Shown here one piece after another: positions 39,815-50,637 of a stretch of 64,000 nucleotides of DNA. Positions within the stretch are counted from its first letter, which is position 1; every line of letters begins with the position of its first letter. The translations under genes were made by a program, and so were the position numbers. Below the pieces are notes generated by a model. That model made no database searches, had not been told where the DNA came from, and saw only the letters and a program-made list of their open reading frames with translations. This DNA comes from Hallella faecis (lineage in GTDB: Bacteria; Pseudomonadota; Gammaproteobacteria; Burkholderiales; Burkholderiaceae_F): contig CAVJUB010000003.1 of assembly GCA_963652545.1 (NCBI GenBank), positions 3,429 to 67,428 of the forward strand. The letters are read 5' to 3'.

Positions 39815-40384
39815 TCAGGCTTCCCAGACGGACAGCGGGCCGTCGCGGGTTTCTTCCGCGGGATTCGCGGCGTCCGCGTCGGGCGTGCCGCAGGTGATCC
39901 ACGCCACGAGCTTTTCGCCGGGCGCCTTCGCAAAGGCCGACTGCACGCCGGCGTCTTCGAGGGCCGAGCCCGAAAGCACGATTCCGCCGAACCCTTGCGC
40001 CTTGAGAGCGAGGAGAAACTGCTCCAGCGCCGCCCCCGCCGTGAGAAGCTGCTCCGTTTCGCTCACGGGGCTGTCGGCTTTGGGCGAAAAGACGAAGGCA
40101 ACGATGGCGGGGCCCTTCTTGGCTTTGGAGCGGGTCTTGGCGATCTTTTCCTCGTCGTCCGTGCGGGCGCGCGCCGCGGCTTCAAAAAGGTCTGCAAGCT
40201 TTTCGCGGTCTTCTTCGCGCACGGCGACGAAGCGGTAGGGCGCGAGACCGTCATGATCCGGCGCGCGCAGGGCCGCGCGGGCGGCGATCGCGAGTGCGTC
40301 CGTTGAAGGGGCGGGCGCCGTGAGATGCTTGGGTTTTACGCTGCGGCGCGTGAGGAGCGCCTGAAGAAGAGCGGTATCCGTCAT
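39815..40384 (-). CDS. Nitroreductase, YdjA-like
   Basis: RRSV, PAP, RAPDH..L.P.RF. Confidence 0.85.
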   Translation of the reverse strand: MTDTALLQALLTRRSVKPKHLTAPAPSTDALAIAARAALRAPDHDGLAPYRFVAVREEDREKLADLFEAAARARTDDEEKIAKTRSKAKKGPAIVAFVFSPKADSPVSETEQLLTAGAALEQFLLALKAQGFGGIVLSGSALEDAGVQSAFAKAPGEKLVAWITCGTPDADAANPAEETRDGPLSVWEA

Positions 40385-40394
40385 GAAGAATCTC

Positions 40395-41204
40395 CTAAAA
40401 AGGCATTTCGAGCACGGTTTCGCGGGAGGCGGCCGGCCACAGCAGCTTCAGGACGGCTTCGTGCTTTTCGCTGCTGCGAATGTAAAAGAGCTCGCGTCCG
40501 GCGCCTTCCGCCTTGAGCGTTCCGGCGTCCGCAAGACGCGTTCGGGTGACGGCCGCGACGGCGTCGCCCGGCTCCAGAATCGTGACGCCGGAGCCGGCGA
40601 CGCGACGAAAGACGTCGGTGAGAAACGGGTAGTGGGTGCAGCCCAGCACGAGCGTGTCAACGCCCTTCGTGAGCAGCGGCTCCACGTAGCGGCGCACGAG
40701 CGCCTCGGTTTCCGGCGCATCAAAGGCGCCTTTTTCCACGCACTCCATCAGGCCGGGGCAGCCCACGGACAAGACTTCGGCGCCTTCAGCAAAGCGAGCG
40801 AGCAGGCGCTGGTAGCGGGCGCTGGCGATGGTGCCCGCGGTGGCGAGAACGCCGATGCAGCGCCGGGGGCTGAGCTTCACGGCGGGCTTCACGGCGGGCT
40901 CGATGCCGATCACGGGCACCGGCATCCAGGTGCGCAGGTGGTCGGCTGCGGCGGCGGTCGCCGTGTTGCAGGCGAGCACCAGCGCCTTGACGCCGTGCAC
41001 CGCGACGAGAAACTGCGCGATGCGGTCGCACCGCGTCTTCACCCAGTCAGCCGGCTTGTCGCCCCAGGGGGCGTTGCCGCAGTCGGCGCAGTAGAGAAAG
41101 TCCTCCTGCGGCAGGCGATGCCGGAGCGCCCGAAGAACGGACAGGCCCCCGAGCCCCGAATCCAGCACGCCGACGGGGTCGGCGGCGCTTGGAGTCATCG
41201 GCAT
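40395..41204 (-). CDS. murI: Glutamate racemase
   Basis: DSGLGGLSV, ACNTAT, LGCTHYP. Confidence 0.95.
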   Translation of the reverse strand: MPMTPSAADPVGVLDSGLGGLSVLRALRHRLPQEDFLYCADCGNAPWGDKPADWVKTRCDRIAQFLVAVHGVKALVLACNTATAAAADHLRTWMPVPVIGIEPAVKPAVKLSPRRCIGVLATAGTIASARYQRLLARFAEGAEVLSVGCPGLMECVEKGAFDAPETEALVRRYVEPLLTKGVDTLVLGCTHYPFLTDVFRRVAGSGVTILEPGDAVAAVTRTRLADAGTLKAEGAGRELFYIRSSEKHEAVLKLLWPAASRETVLEMPF

Positions 41205-42229
41205 CAGGCCTTGTCCTTTTCTGCGGCGGCGCGGCCGAGCCGGTCGTTGACGGCCGCCCATTCGGGCGTCGCGGGCGGGCACTCGATCAGAATCACGTCG
41301 GCGCCGAAGGCGTCGAGGCGATGCAGGTTGTCGTAGAGAGCGTGCGCGTAGGCGGCTTCGGAATCTTCGGCAATCAGCACGCCGCTTGCGGGCAGCCGGC
41401 CCGCTGACGCGAGCGCGGCTTTCGTGGCCGGACGCACCAGAAGCGCGGCCTTCACGGCGGCATCGGCGAGCGTCTCGACGATTGCGTCGGCGGAAAGAAG
41501 CTTCACCTTCGTTTTCGGCGCGTAGTGGCTCTTGAGCCGCCCCGAGGCGCGCGGCGCGTCGCTCCCGGCGTCAGGGACCGGAACGCCCAGCGCGGCTTCG
41601 AGCATCTCGCGCGTCACCGCACCGTGGCGAAGGATTTCAGGGCGCTTTCCAGAAAGGTTGATGATCGTGGATTCGACGCCCACTTCACAGACGCCGCCGT
41701 CCAGAATCATGTCGAGCTTGCCAGCGGGCTTCACGCCCAGGTCGTCCGCCACATGCTGCGCGGACGTGGGGGAGATGCGGCCGAAGGTGTTGCAGCTTGG
41801 CGCGGTGACGGCGCGATGGCTGTCGCCCGCGAATTCCTTCAAGAGTTCGCGCATCCAGGGGTGCGAGGGGCAGCGGATCGCGACGCTGTCCTGGCCGCCC
41901 GTGACAAACCCTTGGCAGCGGTCGCTCTTGGGGAGCACCATGGTGAGGGGGCCGGGCCAGAATTTTTCGGCGAGGAGCCGAGCTTCCGGCGGCACGACGC
42001 GAGCCCACGCGGAGAGCGCTTCGGGGCCTGCGACATGAACGATCAGCGGATGGTTCGTGGGACGTCCCTTCACGGCGAAGGTGGCGAGCACCGCCTGCTC
42101 GTTGTCGGCGTCGGCGGCGAGCCCGTACACGGTCTCCGTCGGAATGGCCACGAGGCCGCCCGCGCGGAGAATGTCCGCCGCTCGCTGAATCGCCGCCCGG
42201 TCAACGGGCGGATACTGAAAGGCTGACAT
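41204..42229 (-). CDS. tsaC: L-threonylcarbamoyladenylate synthase, Sua5 type
   Basis: PTETVYGL, KGRP..HPLIVH, WPGPLT, C-terminal SHYAP domain. Confidence 0.93.
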   Translation of the reverse strand: MSAFQYPPVDRAAIQRAADILRAGGLVAIPTETVYGLAADADNEQAVLATFAVKGRPTNHPLIVHVAGPEALSAWARVVPPEARLLAEKFWPGPLTMVLPKSDRCQGFVTGGQDSVAIRCPSHPWMRELLKEFAGDSHRAVTAPSCNTFGRISPTSAQHVADDLGVKPAGKLDMILDGGVCEVGVESTIINLSGKRPEILRHGAVTREMLEAALGVPVPDAGSDAPRASGRLKSHYAPKTKVKLLSADAIVETLADAAVKAALLVRPATKAALASAGRLPASGVLIAEDSEAAYAHALYDNLHRLDAFGADVILIECPPATPEWAAVNDRLGRAAAEKDKA

Positions 42230-43413
42230 CAGACCGGTTCATCCATGTGAAGAATCGCGGCGACCTGCTTGGCGCGCGAAAGCGCCTCTGCGACCGTCTT
42301 GCCGACGCAGGTGACGTGCCCCATCTTGCGGGCGCGGCGCGCCTCGGTCTTGCCGTAGAGGTGAAGCTTCGCGCCCGGCACGGCGAGAACGTCCGCCCAG
42401 GCGGGCTCGCGCTTCACGTCGGCGCCGTCCTTCGTTTCGTACCACACGTCGCCCAGGATGTTGAGCATCACCGCGGGCTGCACGAGGTCCGTGCTGCCCA
42501 ACGGCAATCCCGCCATGGCGCGCACCTGCTCTTCGAACTGGCTCGTGACGCAGGCTTCGATCGTGGCGTGGCCCGAGTTGTGGGGGCGGGGCGCCATTTC
42601 GTTGGCGACCACGCGGCCGTCTTCGAGAATGAAGAACTCAATGCAGAGAACGCCCGTGTAGTGCAGGGCGTGCGCGATTTTCTCCGCATAGCCGCGCACT
42701 TCCTCGGAAATCGATTCGGCGACGCGAGCGGGCACCACGGTTTCGGCGAGGATGCCGTTTTTGTGGTGGTTTTCAAAGACGGGGAAGGTGACGGCGTCCC
42801 CTGTCATGCCGCGCGCGACGATGACGGAGACTTCGCTTGCGAGCGGCAGGCGCTTTTCCAGAATGCAGGCGACGCCGCCCATGGCGCGGAAGGCGGCCTT
42901 CACGTCCGCTTTGGAGCGGACCGTGGTCTGGCCCTTGCCGTCGTAGCCCAGGCGCGTCGTCTTCAAAATGCCGGGGAAAAGGTCGTCGGAAAGCTCATCG
43001 GCGTCTTCTTCACGAAGCACCGCGGCATGCGGCGCCACCGGGACGCCCGCCGTGGCTTCGAGAAAGTGCTTTTCGTCCAGACGGTCCTGCGCGATCGACA
43101 CAGCGTCCGCCGCGGGGGCCGTGACGCAGCCGTCGTCGCCGGCCGCCAAAAGCGCCAGCGCGTCCGCCGGAACGTTTTCAAATTCGGTCGTGACCGCGGC
43201 GGTGAGCGTCTTCATCTCGCGAAGCGCCGCCGTGTCGGTGTAGGCGGCCTTCACGTGGGTCGCGGATACTTCGGAAGCGGGACAGTCGCTCTTTTCAAGC
43301 ACGGCGACGTGGTAGCCCATCGTCGCCGCGGCCTGCGCGAACATGCGGCCGAGCTGGCCGCCGCCCATCAGGCCCAGCGTGGCGCCGGGCAGCAGAGGAA
43401 ATGCGGATTTCAT
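42229..43413 (-). CDS. purK: N5-CAIR synthetase
   Basis: GGGQLGRM, GYDGKGQ, NEMAPRPHNSGH, HLYGK, RKMGH. Confidence 0.96.
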   Translation of the reverse strand: MKSAFPLLPGATLGLMGGGQLGRMFAQAAATMGYHVAVLEKSDCPASEVSATHVKAAYTDTAALREMKTLTAAVTTEFENVPADALALLAAGDDGCVTAPAADAVSIAQDRLDEKHFLEATAGVPVAPHAAVLREEDADELSDDLFPGILKTTRLGYDGKGQTTVRSKADVKAAFRAMGGVACILEKRLPLASEVSVIVARGMTGDAVTFPVFENHHKNGILAETVVPARVAESISEEVRGYAEKIAHALHYTGVLCIEFFILEDGRVVANEMAPRPHNSGHATIEACVTSQFEEQVRAMAGLPLGSTDLVQPAVMLNILGDVWYETKDGADVKREPAWADVLAVPGAKLHLYGKTEARRARKMGHVTCVGKTVAEALSRAKQVAAILHMDEPV

Positions 43414-43428
43414 GCGACAGAGTCCTTT

Positions 43429-43941
43429 TCAGGCGGCGGGCGGCAGCGTCATGGCGCGCGCCGCGGCGTTCTGCTCCTGGCGGAAGGCCTGCAGCTTTTC
43501 GTAGAGCGCCTTGTCGGTGACGGCGAGAATCGTGACGGCGTAGAGCGCCGCGTTCGCCGCGCCCGCTTCACCGATCGCAAACGTGGCGACCGGCACGCCC
43601 TTGGGCATCTGGACGATGGAGTAGAGGCTGTCTTCGCCGCGCAGGTACTTTGAAGGCACCGGAACGCCCAGAACGGGGACGACGCATTTGGCGGCGAGCA
43701 TGCCGGGAAGATGCGCCGCGCCGCCTGCGCCCGCGATGATGCACGCAAGGCCGCGCTCCCGCGCGGTGGCGGCGTACTCGAACATTTCGTCGGGCATGCG
43801 GTGCGCGCTCACGACCTTCGCTTCATAGGGAACGCCGAACTTTTCAAGGATTTCGGCCGCCTTCTGCATGACGGGCCAGTCGGAGGAGGAGCCCATCACA
43901 ATGCCGACCACGGGTTTTTCGTTGGCAAGCGTCATTTTCAT
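43429..43941 (-). CDS. purE: N5-CAIR mutase
   Basis: [19 protein letters not shown]; start could be 43935. Confidence 0.96.
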   Translation of the reverse strand: MKMTLANEKPVVGIVMGSSSDWPVMQKAAEILEKFGVPYEAKVVSAHRMPDEMFEYAATARERGLACIIAGAGGAAHLPGMLAAKCVVPVLGVPVPSKYLRGEDSLYSIVQMPKGVPVATFAIGEAGAANAALYAVTILAVTDKALYEKLQAFRQEQNAAARAMTLPPAA

Positions 43942-43950
43942 TCAATCCAA

Positions 43951-43980
43951 ATAACAAAAATCGGCATAACAAAAATCGGC
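43951..43980. repeat. Perfect 15-bp tandem duplication
   Basis: ATAACAAAAATCGGC twice. Confidence 0.9.
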
Positions 43981-44038
43981 GCGGCAGCGTTTCCCTGACG
44001 GAAACGTCGTCCGCGCCGCTCTGAGGCGAGATTTTAGA

Positions 44039-44929
44039 CTACTCGACGTCTTTGCCCGTGAGCTTCACGAGCGCCTCGCGGTACTTCATCGAGGTCTTTT
44101 CAATGATGTCCTCGGGGGGCACCGGCGCGGGCGGCACCTTGTCCCAGCCCGTGCTCTCAAGCCAGTCGCGCAGGAACTGCTTGTCGTAGCTCGGGGGCGA
44201 CATGCCGGTGTCGTACTGCTCCGCGGGCCAGAAGCGGGAGCTGTCGGGCGTGAGCATTTCGTCCATGATGCAGACGTTCCCGGCTTCATCCAGACCGAAC
44301 TCAAACTTCGTGTCGGCGATGATGATGCCGCGGGTCGCGGCGTACTCCGCGGCCCGCGTGTAGAGGGTGAGGGTGTATTCGCGGATCTTTTCAGCCACTT
44401 CCTGGCCGTACATCTCCACGACCTTCTCAAACGGAATGTTTTCGTCGTGCACGCCCACTTCGGCCTTTGCCGCCGGGGTGAAGATCGGCTCGGGGAGCTT
44501 CTCGGCCATCTTGAGGCCGGCGGGAAGCTTCACGCCGCAAACGCTGCCGGTGGCCTGATAGTCCTTCCAGCCGCCGCCGATGATGTAGCCGCGGGCGACG
44601 CATTCGATGAGAATCGGAGTGAGGCGCTTCACGACCATGGAGCGGCCCTTCACCTGCTCGACTTCGTCGGGCGCCACGACCGTCGTCGGATCAATGCCGG
44701 TGAGCTGGTTGGGCATGCCTTCGGTGAGCTTGTCAAACCAGAACTGGGTGAGCTGCGTGAGCACCTTGCCCTTGTTGGGAATCGGCACGCTCAGAATGCT
44801 GTCGAAGGCGCTGATGCGGTCGCTCGCGACCATCAGGAGCTTGTCCTGGCCGACGGCATAGCATTCGCGAACCTTGCCGCGGTAGACGAGCGGCAGGCTT
44901 TTCAGGTTGGTTTGCATTAAACCGGACAT
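44039..44929 (-). CDS. purC: SAICAR synthetase
   Basis: [29 protein letters not shown]. Confidence 0.96.
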   Translation of the reverse strand: MSGLMQTNLKSLPLVYRGKVRECYAVGQDKLLMVASDRISAFDSILSVPIPNKGKVLTQLTQFWFDKLTEGMPNQLTGIDPTTVVAPDEVEQVKGRSMVVKRLTPILIECVARGYIIGGGWKDYQATGSVCGVKLPAGLKMAEKLPEPIFTPAAKAEVGVHDENIPFEKVVEMYGQEVAEKIREYTLTLYTRAAEYAATRGIIIADTKFEFGLDEAGNVCIMDEMLTPDSSRFWPAEQYDTGMSPPSYDKQFLRDWLESTGWDKVPPAPVPPEDIIEKTSMKYREALVKLTGKDVE

Positions 44930-45036
44930 AGTTGAAGTCTCCCCGTTCGAAGAACGGAAGCGGTTGACGATGCGCGCCATTTTATCGGCGGTGCCCCAAA
45001 ATGGCGCATGACTTTTTACCTAGGCTGAACAGAATG

Positions 45037-45429
45037 TCAGGCAAAAACTGAACAAAGCAGGACGGAGAGCCACGTGACGACGGCGAACGTGAGCGCGAAG
45101 AGCACGGCGGCGCTGCCGGCGTCCTTGGCGTACTTGCTCAAGGGGTGGATCTCGGGGCCGATCCGGTCGATCGCGGCCTCAAGGCCGGAATTGAGGAGTT
45201 CGGTGACCAATAGAAAGACGACGGAGAAGGCGCACCAGAGCTTCAGGGAAAGCTCCGTGGGCAGAAAGAAGGCGAGGGGGATGAGAAGGATCGCGGCGAG
45301 GCTTTCCTGCCGGAAGGCTTCTTCGTTGCGAAACGCCGTGCGGATGCCGTCGGCTGAGTATTTGGTCGCGTTGATGAGGCGGGTGAGGCCGCTTTTGCCC
45401 TTGAGATCCCGGGCGTCCTTGATCGGCAT
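45037..45429 (-). CDS. dgkA: Diacylglycerol kinase
   Basis: EAFRQE, ELLNSGLE, AKDAGSAAV. Confidence 0.93.
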   Translation of the reverse strand: MPIKDARDLKGKSGLTRLINATKYSADGIRTAFRNEEAFRQESLAAILLIPLAFFLPTELSLKLWCAFSVVFLLVTELLNSGLEAAIDRIGPEIHPLSKYAKDAGSAAVLFALTFAVVTWLSVLLCSVFA

Positions 45430-45506
45430 GGCGGAGTCCTTTAAGAAAACGGCCTGCCGGAGGCGGACACCTGCGGCAGGCCGGAAGTCATTTTTCTAGC
45501 GGCGCC

Positions 45507-46571
45507 TTAGCGGACGTTCTGGGCGAGCGTGCCGTCGGCGTAGTGAGAGGCCATGACCGAGAGGCTCACGGGCTTGATCTTCGCGCCCTGGCCTTCGCAG
45601 CCGAAGGCGAGATAGCGGCTCTTGCAGAGCTTGTAGGCTTCTTCGCGCGCTTTCTTCAGATAGGCGCGGGGATCGAAGCCGCTCGGATTTTCCACGAGGT
45701 AGCGGCGCACTGCGGCCGTCATCGCGAGGCGGATGTCGGTGTCGATGTTCACCTTGCGCACGCCGTGCTTGATGGCTTCCTGGATTTCCTCCACGGGCAC
45801 GCCGTAGGTTTCGCGCATGTCGCCGCCGAATTCGCGGATCTCCGCGAGGTATTCCTGCGGCACGGAGCTCGAGCCGTGCATCACGAGGTGGGTGTTCGGA
45901 AGGCGTTCGTGGATTTCCTTCACGCGGGCGATGGAGAGGATTTCCCCGGTGGGGCGGCGCGTGAACTTGTAGGCGCCGTGGCTCGTGCCGATCGCGATGG
46001 CGAGGGCGTCAAGCTGCGTGGCGCGCACGAATTCGGCGGCCTGGTCGGGGTCGGTGAGAAGCTGGTCGCGGGTCATCTTGGCGTCCGTGCCGTGACCGTC
46101 CTCCTTGTCGCCCTTCATGGTTTCAAGGGACCCGAGGCACCCCAGCTCGCCCTCGACGGAAACGCCGATGCAGTGGGCGTTTTCCACGACGCGCTTCGTG
46201 ACTTCCACGTTGTAGTCGTAGCTCGCGATCGTCTTGCCGTCGCTCTGCAGGGAGCCGTCCATCATGACGGAGGTGAAGCCCATGCGCATGGCGATCTGGC
46301 ACACCGCGGGGCTCTGGCCGTGGTCCTGATGCATGCAGACCGGCACCTCGGGCCACTCTTCGACGGCGGCTTCGATCATGTGCTTCAGGAAGGCTTCGCC
46401 GGCGTACTTGCGGGCGCCGGCCGAGGCCTGCATGATCACCGGGGCGCCGACTTCGGCGGCCGCGGTCATGATGGCGTGGACCTGTTCGATGTTGTTGACG
46501 TTGAAAGCGGGAACGCCGTAGCCGTTTTCTGCTGCGTGGTCGAGCAGCTGACGCATGCTGACAAGTGCCAT
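45507..46571 (-). CDS. fba: Class II fructose-bisphosphate aldolase
   Basis: [34 protein letters not shown]. Confidence 0.96.
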   Translation of the reverse strand: MALVSMRQLLDHAAENGYGVPAFNVNNIEQVHAIMTAAAEVGAPVIMQASAGARKYAGEAFLKHMIEAAVEEWPEVPVCMHQDHGQSPAVCQIAMRMGFTSVMMDGSLQSDGKTIASYDYNVEVTKRVVENAHCIGVSVEGELGCLGSLETMKGDKEDGHGTDAKMTRDQLLTDPDQAAEFVRATQLDALAIAIGTSHGAYKFTRRPTGEILSIARVKEIHERLPNTHLVMHGSSSVPQEYLAEIREFGGDMRETYGVPVEEIQEAIKHGVRKVNIDTDIRLAMTAAVRRYLVENPSGFDPRAYLKKAREEAYKLCKSRYLAFGCEGQGAKIKPVSLSVMASHYADGTLAQNVR

Positions 46572-46707
46572 TGCGGGAAACTCCCAAAAAATGAGGTGAG
46601 GCGCCGGCGGTTTCTTGACCGGACGCCGAAAAAGTTGCGGGTATTCTAGACGAGGCGGCCTTCCGGCGCATGAACGACGGAAGGCCGCGGAAGAAGGCGG
46701 TGGCGGA

Positions 46708-47880
46708 TCAGAGGGCGGAGAAGACGTCCGCGAGGGCGGCGCGGATCGCGGCTTCGTCGGCCTTGTAGGAGCCCTGGACGTAGCCGCCGTTGCCGCCGCC
46801 CCGGCCGTTGAGCTTCTGGTTGAGCGTCTTGCTCGCGTCGCGCATCTTGTCAGCGGGACCGTAGAGCACGTAGCTGTAGACGCCGGGCGCCGTCGCGGAG
46901 AGGACGGCCGCGGCGGGCGCCTTCTTCGATTCGGCGATGATCGTGGCGAAGGTGCGCAGCTCCTGCGGCGCAAGCCCGTCTTCAAAGTGGATGACGACCG
47001 TGTCGGAGGCGGGAAGCGAGGCGGCCTTGAGGGTGAGAAGCTGCTTTTTGAGGTCAATGATTTCGCTTTCGCGGGCGGCCTGCGCCGCAAGGAGCTTCTC
47101 CACGGCCTGCGCGACTTCGGCGGGCTTGGCGGAGAGAAGCTCTGAAATGCGGCGCACCGCTTCGTTCTTTTCAGCGAGCGCGCGGATCGCCCGGCCGCCG
47201 CACACGAAGAAGATTCGCGTGCCGCCGCGGTGCTTTTCCGAAGAAAGCACTTTGATGAGCTGCACTTCGCCCGTCTTCGCAACATGCGTGCCGCAGCAGG
47301 CGCAGCGGTCGCAGCCGGGAATGTCCACGATGCGCACTTTGCCCGTGAGCTCCTTCTTGCTGCGGTAGTTCATGGCCTTCAGTTCGTCCGCGCTCGGAAA
47401 GAGGACGGCGACCGGAATGTCGGCGCAGATGGCGTCGTTCACGGCCTTTTCCATCTGGGCGACCTCTTCGGGCGGAATCACGCCGTCAAAGTCGACGGTG
47501 ATGACGTCGTCATCCATGTGAAAGCCCACGTTGTCAAAGCCGTACTTCTGGTGCACAAGGCCCGAGATGACATGCTCGCCCGTGTGGTTCTGCATGTTGT
47601 CGTAGCGGCGCTCCCAGTCGAGGACGCCCTTGACTTCAGCGCCTGCTTCGAGCGCCTTGTCCGTGTAGTGAACGATCACGCCGGCGACGCGGCGCACGTC
47701 GGTGACGAGAGCGTCGCCCAATTTGCCGTGGTCCGCGGGCTGGCCGCCGCCCTCCGGATAAAACGCCGTGTCGGAGAGCACGACTTCAAAGCCCTTGTCG
47801 CCTTCGGTGCAGGAGACGACCTGCGCCGTGAATTCCCGGGCGTACGTGTCGCGGTAAAAGAGTTCGTTCAGTTCGGACAT
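46708..47880 (-). CDS. AlaX-type tRNA trans-editing protein with DHHA1-like tail
   Basis: [26 protein letters not shown]. Confidence 0.88.
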   Translation of the reverse strand: MSELNELFYRDTYAREFTAQVVSCTEGDKGFEVVLSDTAFYPEGGGQPADHGKLGDALVTDVRRVAGVIVHYTDKALEAGAEVKGVLDWERRYDNMQNHTGEHVISGLVHQKYGFDNVGFHMDDDVITVDFDGVIPPEEVAQMEKAVNDAICADIPVAVLFPSADELKAMNYRSKKELTGKVRIVDIPGCDRCACCGTHVAKTGEVQLIKVLSSEKHRGGTRIFFVCGGRAIRALAEKNEAVRRISELLSAKPAEVAQAVEKLLAAQAARESEIIDLKKQLLTLKAASLPASDTVVIHFEDGLAPQELRTFATIIAESKKAPAAAVLSATAPGVYSYVLYGPADKMRDASKTLNQKLNGRGGGNGGYVQGSYKADEAAIRAALADVFSAL

Positions 47881-48033
47881 TGCCTTCGTTCCTTGGTTTT
47901 TCGTGGAGGCGGCGGGAGCGAGCCCTGAGGGCGGGTCGCTTCGGCCGCGCCGGGCACTATACGCGCTTCAAAAACGAAGGCGCCCCGGTGAAATGCTCAA
48001 CCAGGGCGCCGCGAATGGGAACGTGTTGCGGGA

Positions 48034-48840
48034 CTATTCGTCTTCCACCAGGTCTTCGATGCCGCTCGCGATGTGAATCGAGGGATCGGTCTCGATGCGG
48101 TGATCGTTGAAGGCCTGGCCGCTCACGATGTTCCGGAGGCCGTCAAAGTTGAGGATCTGCACGTGCTTCTGGTTCACGATGATGAAGTTGTCGTGAGAGA
48201 AGCGGGAGAGAACGCGGCTCACGGTCTCCAGCTTCAGCCCGAGGTAGGAGCCGATTTCGGCGCGCGTCATGCGCAGGACGAATTCGCTGCGGGAGTACCC
48301 GCGCTGCTCGAAGCGCTGGGAGAGGTTGAGGATGAAGGCGGCGAGGCGCTCTTCGGCGTGCATCGACCCGAGAAGAAGCATCACGCCGTTCTGGCGCACG
48401 ATTTCTCGCGCGAGGAGCTTCTGAAAATGCGCGCTCCAGACGGGCATGCTCTGCGTGAGTTCGTCAAGCTTCTCCTTGGGAAGGATGCAGACTTCGGTGT
48501 CTTCGAGAGCGATGAGGTCGCTTGAGTAGACCTGGCTTGCGATGCCGTCAAGGCCCACGATGTCGCCCGACATGTGAAAGCTCGTCACTTGCTCGCGGCC
48601 GTCGCTGCTCATCACGGCGCTCTTCAAGAAACCCAGGCGCACGGCGTAGAGGGCGTCGAACTTGTCGCCCGCGCGGTAGAGCGCTTCGCCGCGCTTGATG
48701 CGGCGGCGGGAGCTCACGATGTCTTCGAGCTGCTCGATCTCTTTCAAATTGAGTCCCACGGGCAGGCACAGTTCGCGCAGATTGCAGTTGGAGCAGGCAA
48801 CGCGCAGGGTGGCCATGTTGATGGTGGGGTTGTTGAGCAT
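48034..48840 (-). CDS. fnr: Oxygen-sensing FNR-type regulator
   Basis: CSNCNLRELC cluster plus a central Cys; ETVSR recognition helix. Confidence 0.93.
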   Translation of the reverse strand: MLNNPTINMATLRVACSNCNLRELCLPVGLNLKEIEQLEDIVSSRRRIKRGEALYRAGDKFDALYAVRLGFLKSAVMSSDGREQVTSFHMSGDIVGLDGIASQVYSSDLIALEDTEVCILPKEKLDELTQSMPVWSAHFQKLLAREIVRQNGVMLLLGSMHAEERLAAFILNLSQRFEQRGYSRSEFVLRMTRAEIGSYLGLKLETVSRVLSRFSHDNFIIVNQKHVQILNFDGLRNIVSGQAFNDHRIETDPSIHIASGIEDLVEDE

Positions 48841-49000
48841 CGCGAATCCTTCAAACGGTTCCGGCAGCAGCGTCGGAACAGTAATAAACAAATAATCTCG
48901 ACGGCCTACACTTCGCAGCGGCCGGCGGGAGTGAAAACGAGGAAAGGCGCCGTGATGAACAAGGCGCCGACTGCTTTCACGACCAATACTATTTGCGGTT

Positions 49001-49014
49001 TTGACATTTGTCAA
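49001..49014. promoter_or_regulatory. FNR-type box between fnr and hemN
   Basis: TTGAC-ATTT-GTCAA. Confidence 0.75.
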
Positions 49015-49079
49015 AAAAGAGCGGAATAACCCGCCTGACCCGACGGCGAATTGTTTCGAATTATTTAAGGGGTGCCCCA

Positions 49080-50480
49080 ATGACCAATCCCGCCTTAAGC
49101 GGCGTTGAACTGCCTGACAGCGAGCTGCTCAATAAATTTGACGTGCCGGCGCCGCGCTACACGTCCTACCCGACGGCGGACCGCTTCAACGCCGACTTCA
49201 CGGCCGCTGACTACGAAGCGGAATTGAAGGGCCGCGAAAAGGCCGCCAAGCCCGCGGGGCTCTCCCTCTACGCTCACATTCCGTTCTGCAACGACGTGTG
49301 CTTCTACTGCGGCTGCAACAAGATCGTGACGCGCGATCATTCGAAGTCGGCGGAGTACATCGACCTTCTCTTGAAGGAAGCGGACATCGTGAAGGGGCTC
49401 ATCACGGGCTCTCAGACCTTGGATCAGCTCCACTGGGGCGGCGGCACGCCGACGTTCCTCACGAACGAAGAGATCCTGAAGCTCATGGGGGGCTTTGCCG
49501 AGCGCTTCCCCTTCGCATCAGACGGCGAATTTTCGATCGAAGTCGATCCCCGCACCTGTCCCGAGGACAAGGTGAAGACCCTGCGCGAAGCGGGGTTCAA
49601 CCGCATGAGCCTCGGCGTGCAGGACTTCAACCCTGACGTGCAGAAGGCGGTGAACCGCCTGCAGCCCTTCGAGATGGTGAAAAAGCTCATGGGCGAAGCC
49701 CGCGAGAACGGCTTTCACTCGGTCAACATGGACTTGATCTACGGGCTTCCGAAGCAGACCCGCGCGTCCTTTGAAAAGACGATCGATCAGGTGATCGAGC
49801 TCAGCCCCGACCGCATCGCGCTCTATCACTACGCCCATCTGCCGAACCACTTCAAGGCGCAGCGCCGCATTCTGCCCGCGGACCTTCCCGGCACCGAAGA
49901 GAAGGTGAACATCATGTTCGACGCCATTCGCCACCTCACGGCGAACGGCTATCGCTACATCGGCATGGACCACTTTGCGAAGGCGACGGACGAACTGTCC
50001 ATTGCGCAGGTGAACGGCACGATTCAGCGCAACTTCCAGGGCTACTCCACCCGCGCTGAATGCGACATGATTGCGCTGGGCGCGAGCTCCATCTCCTTTG
50101 TGGGCGGCGGCTACGCCTGCAATCCCCGCGACATCGAGCCGTGGGCCGAGGCGATCCGCGAGGGGCGCCTCGCGACCTGCCGCGGCTTCAAGCTTTCTGA
50201 AGAGGACAAGCTGCGCCGGGCGGTCATCATGACCGTGATGTGCCGCTTTGAAATCGACAAGAAGGCGATCGAAGACGAGTTCGGCATTCGCTTTGACGAA
50301 ACGTTCGCCTGGGAGATGAAGAAGCTTGCGGCGTACGTGAAGCACGGCCTTGTGACGATGACGCCCGACAAGATCACCGTGAGCCCCAAGGGCAAGATCT
50401 TCGTGCGCGCGGTGGCGATGCAGTTTGACAAGTATCTGCGCGAATCCGATCGCGCGGGCGGCTACTCCAAGATCGCGTAG
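49080..50480 (+). CDS. hemN: Oxygen-independent coproporphyrinogen III oxidase
   Basis: PRYTSYPT, CNDVCFYCGC, WGGGTP, RNFQGY. Confidence 0.96.
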   Translation: MTNPALSGVELPDSELLNKFDVPAPRYTSYPTADRFNADFTAADYEAELKGREKAAKPAGLSLYAHIPFCNDVCFYCGCNKIVTRDHSKSAEYIDLLLKEADIVKGLITGSQTLDQLHWGGGTPTFLTNEEILKLMGGFAERFPFASDGEFSIEVDPRTCPEDKVKTLREAGFNRMSLGVQDFNPDVQKAVNRLQPFEMVKKLMGEARENGFHSVNMDLIYGLPKQTRASFEKTIDQVIELSPDRIALYHYAHLPNHFKAQRRILPADLPGTEEKVNIMFDAIRHLTANGYRYIGMDHFAKATDELSIAQVNGTIQRNFQGYSTRAECDMIALGASSISFVGGGYACNPRDIEPWAEAIREGRLATCRGFKLSEEDKLRRAVIMTVMCRFEIDKKAIEDEFGIRFDETFAWEMKKLAAYVKHGLVTMTPDKITVSPKGKIFVRAVAMQFDKYLRESDRAGGYSKIA

Positions 50481-50501
50481 TCGGTCCGACGAGAAACCGG
50501 C

Positions 50502-50561
50502 GAAAAGTCCGTCAAACGGGAGGCTCTTTCGTGAAGAGCGGTCCGTTTGGCGGACTTTTTT
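50502..50561 (+). terminator. hemN terminator (long hairpin)
   Basis: AAAAGTCCGTCAAACGG...CCGTTTGGCGGACTTTT followed by a T-run. Confidence 0.65.
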
Positions 50562-50637
50562 GTTACGTCTTTACACAAAATAACGCGGCGGGCGTGTAAA
50601 GTGAGCGCTTGCATGAATTTTTTCCCGTATACCTAAC

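Noticed and set aside
45507..47285. 592-aa extended Fba and similar N-terminal extensions in the ORF track (fnr, MFS, adenylation enzyme)
   Set aside because: The extensions overlap other genes or a tRNA; homology begins at internal ATGs.
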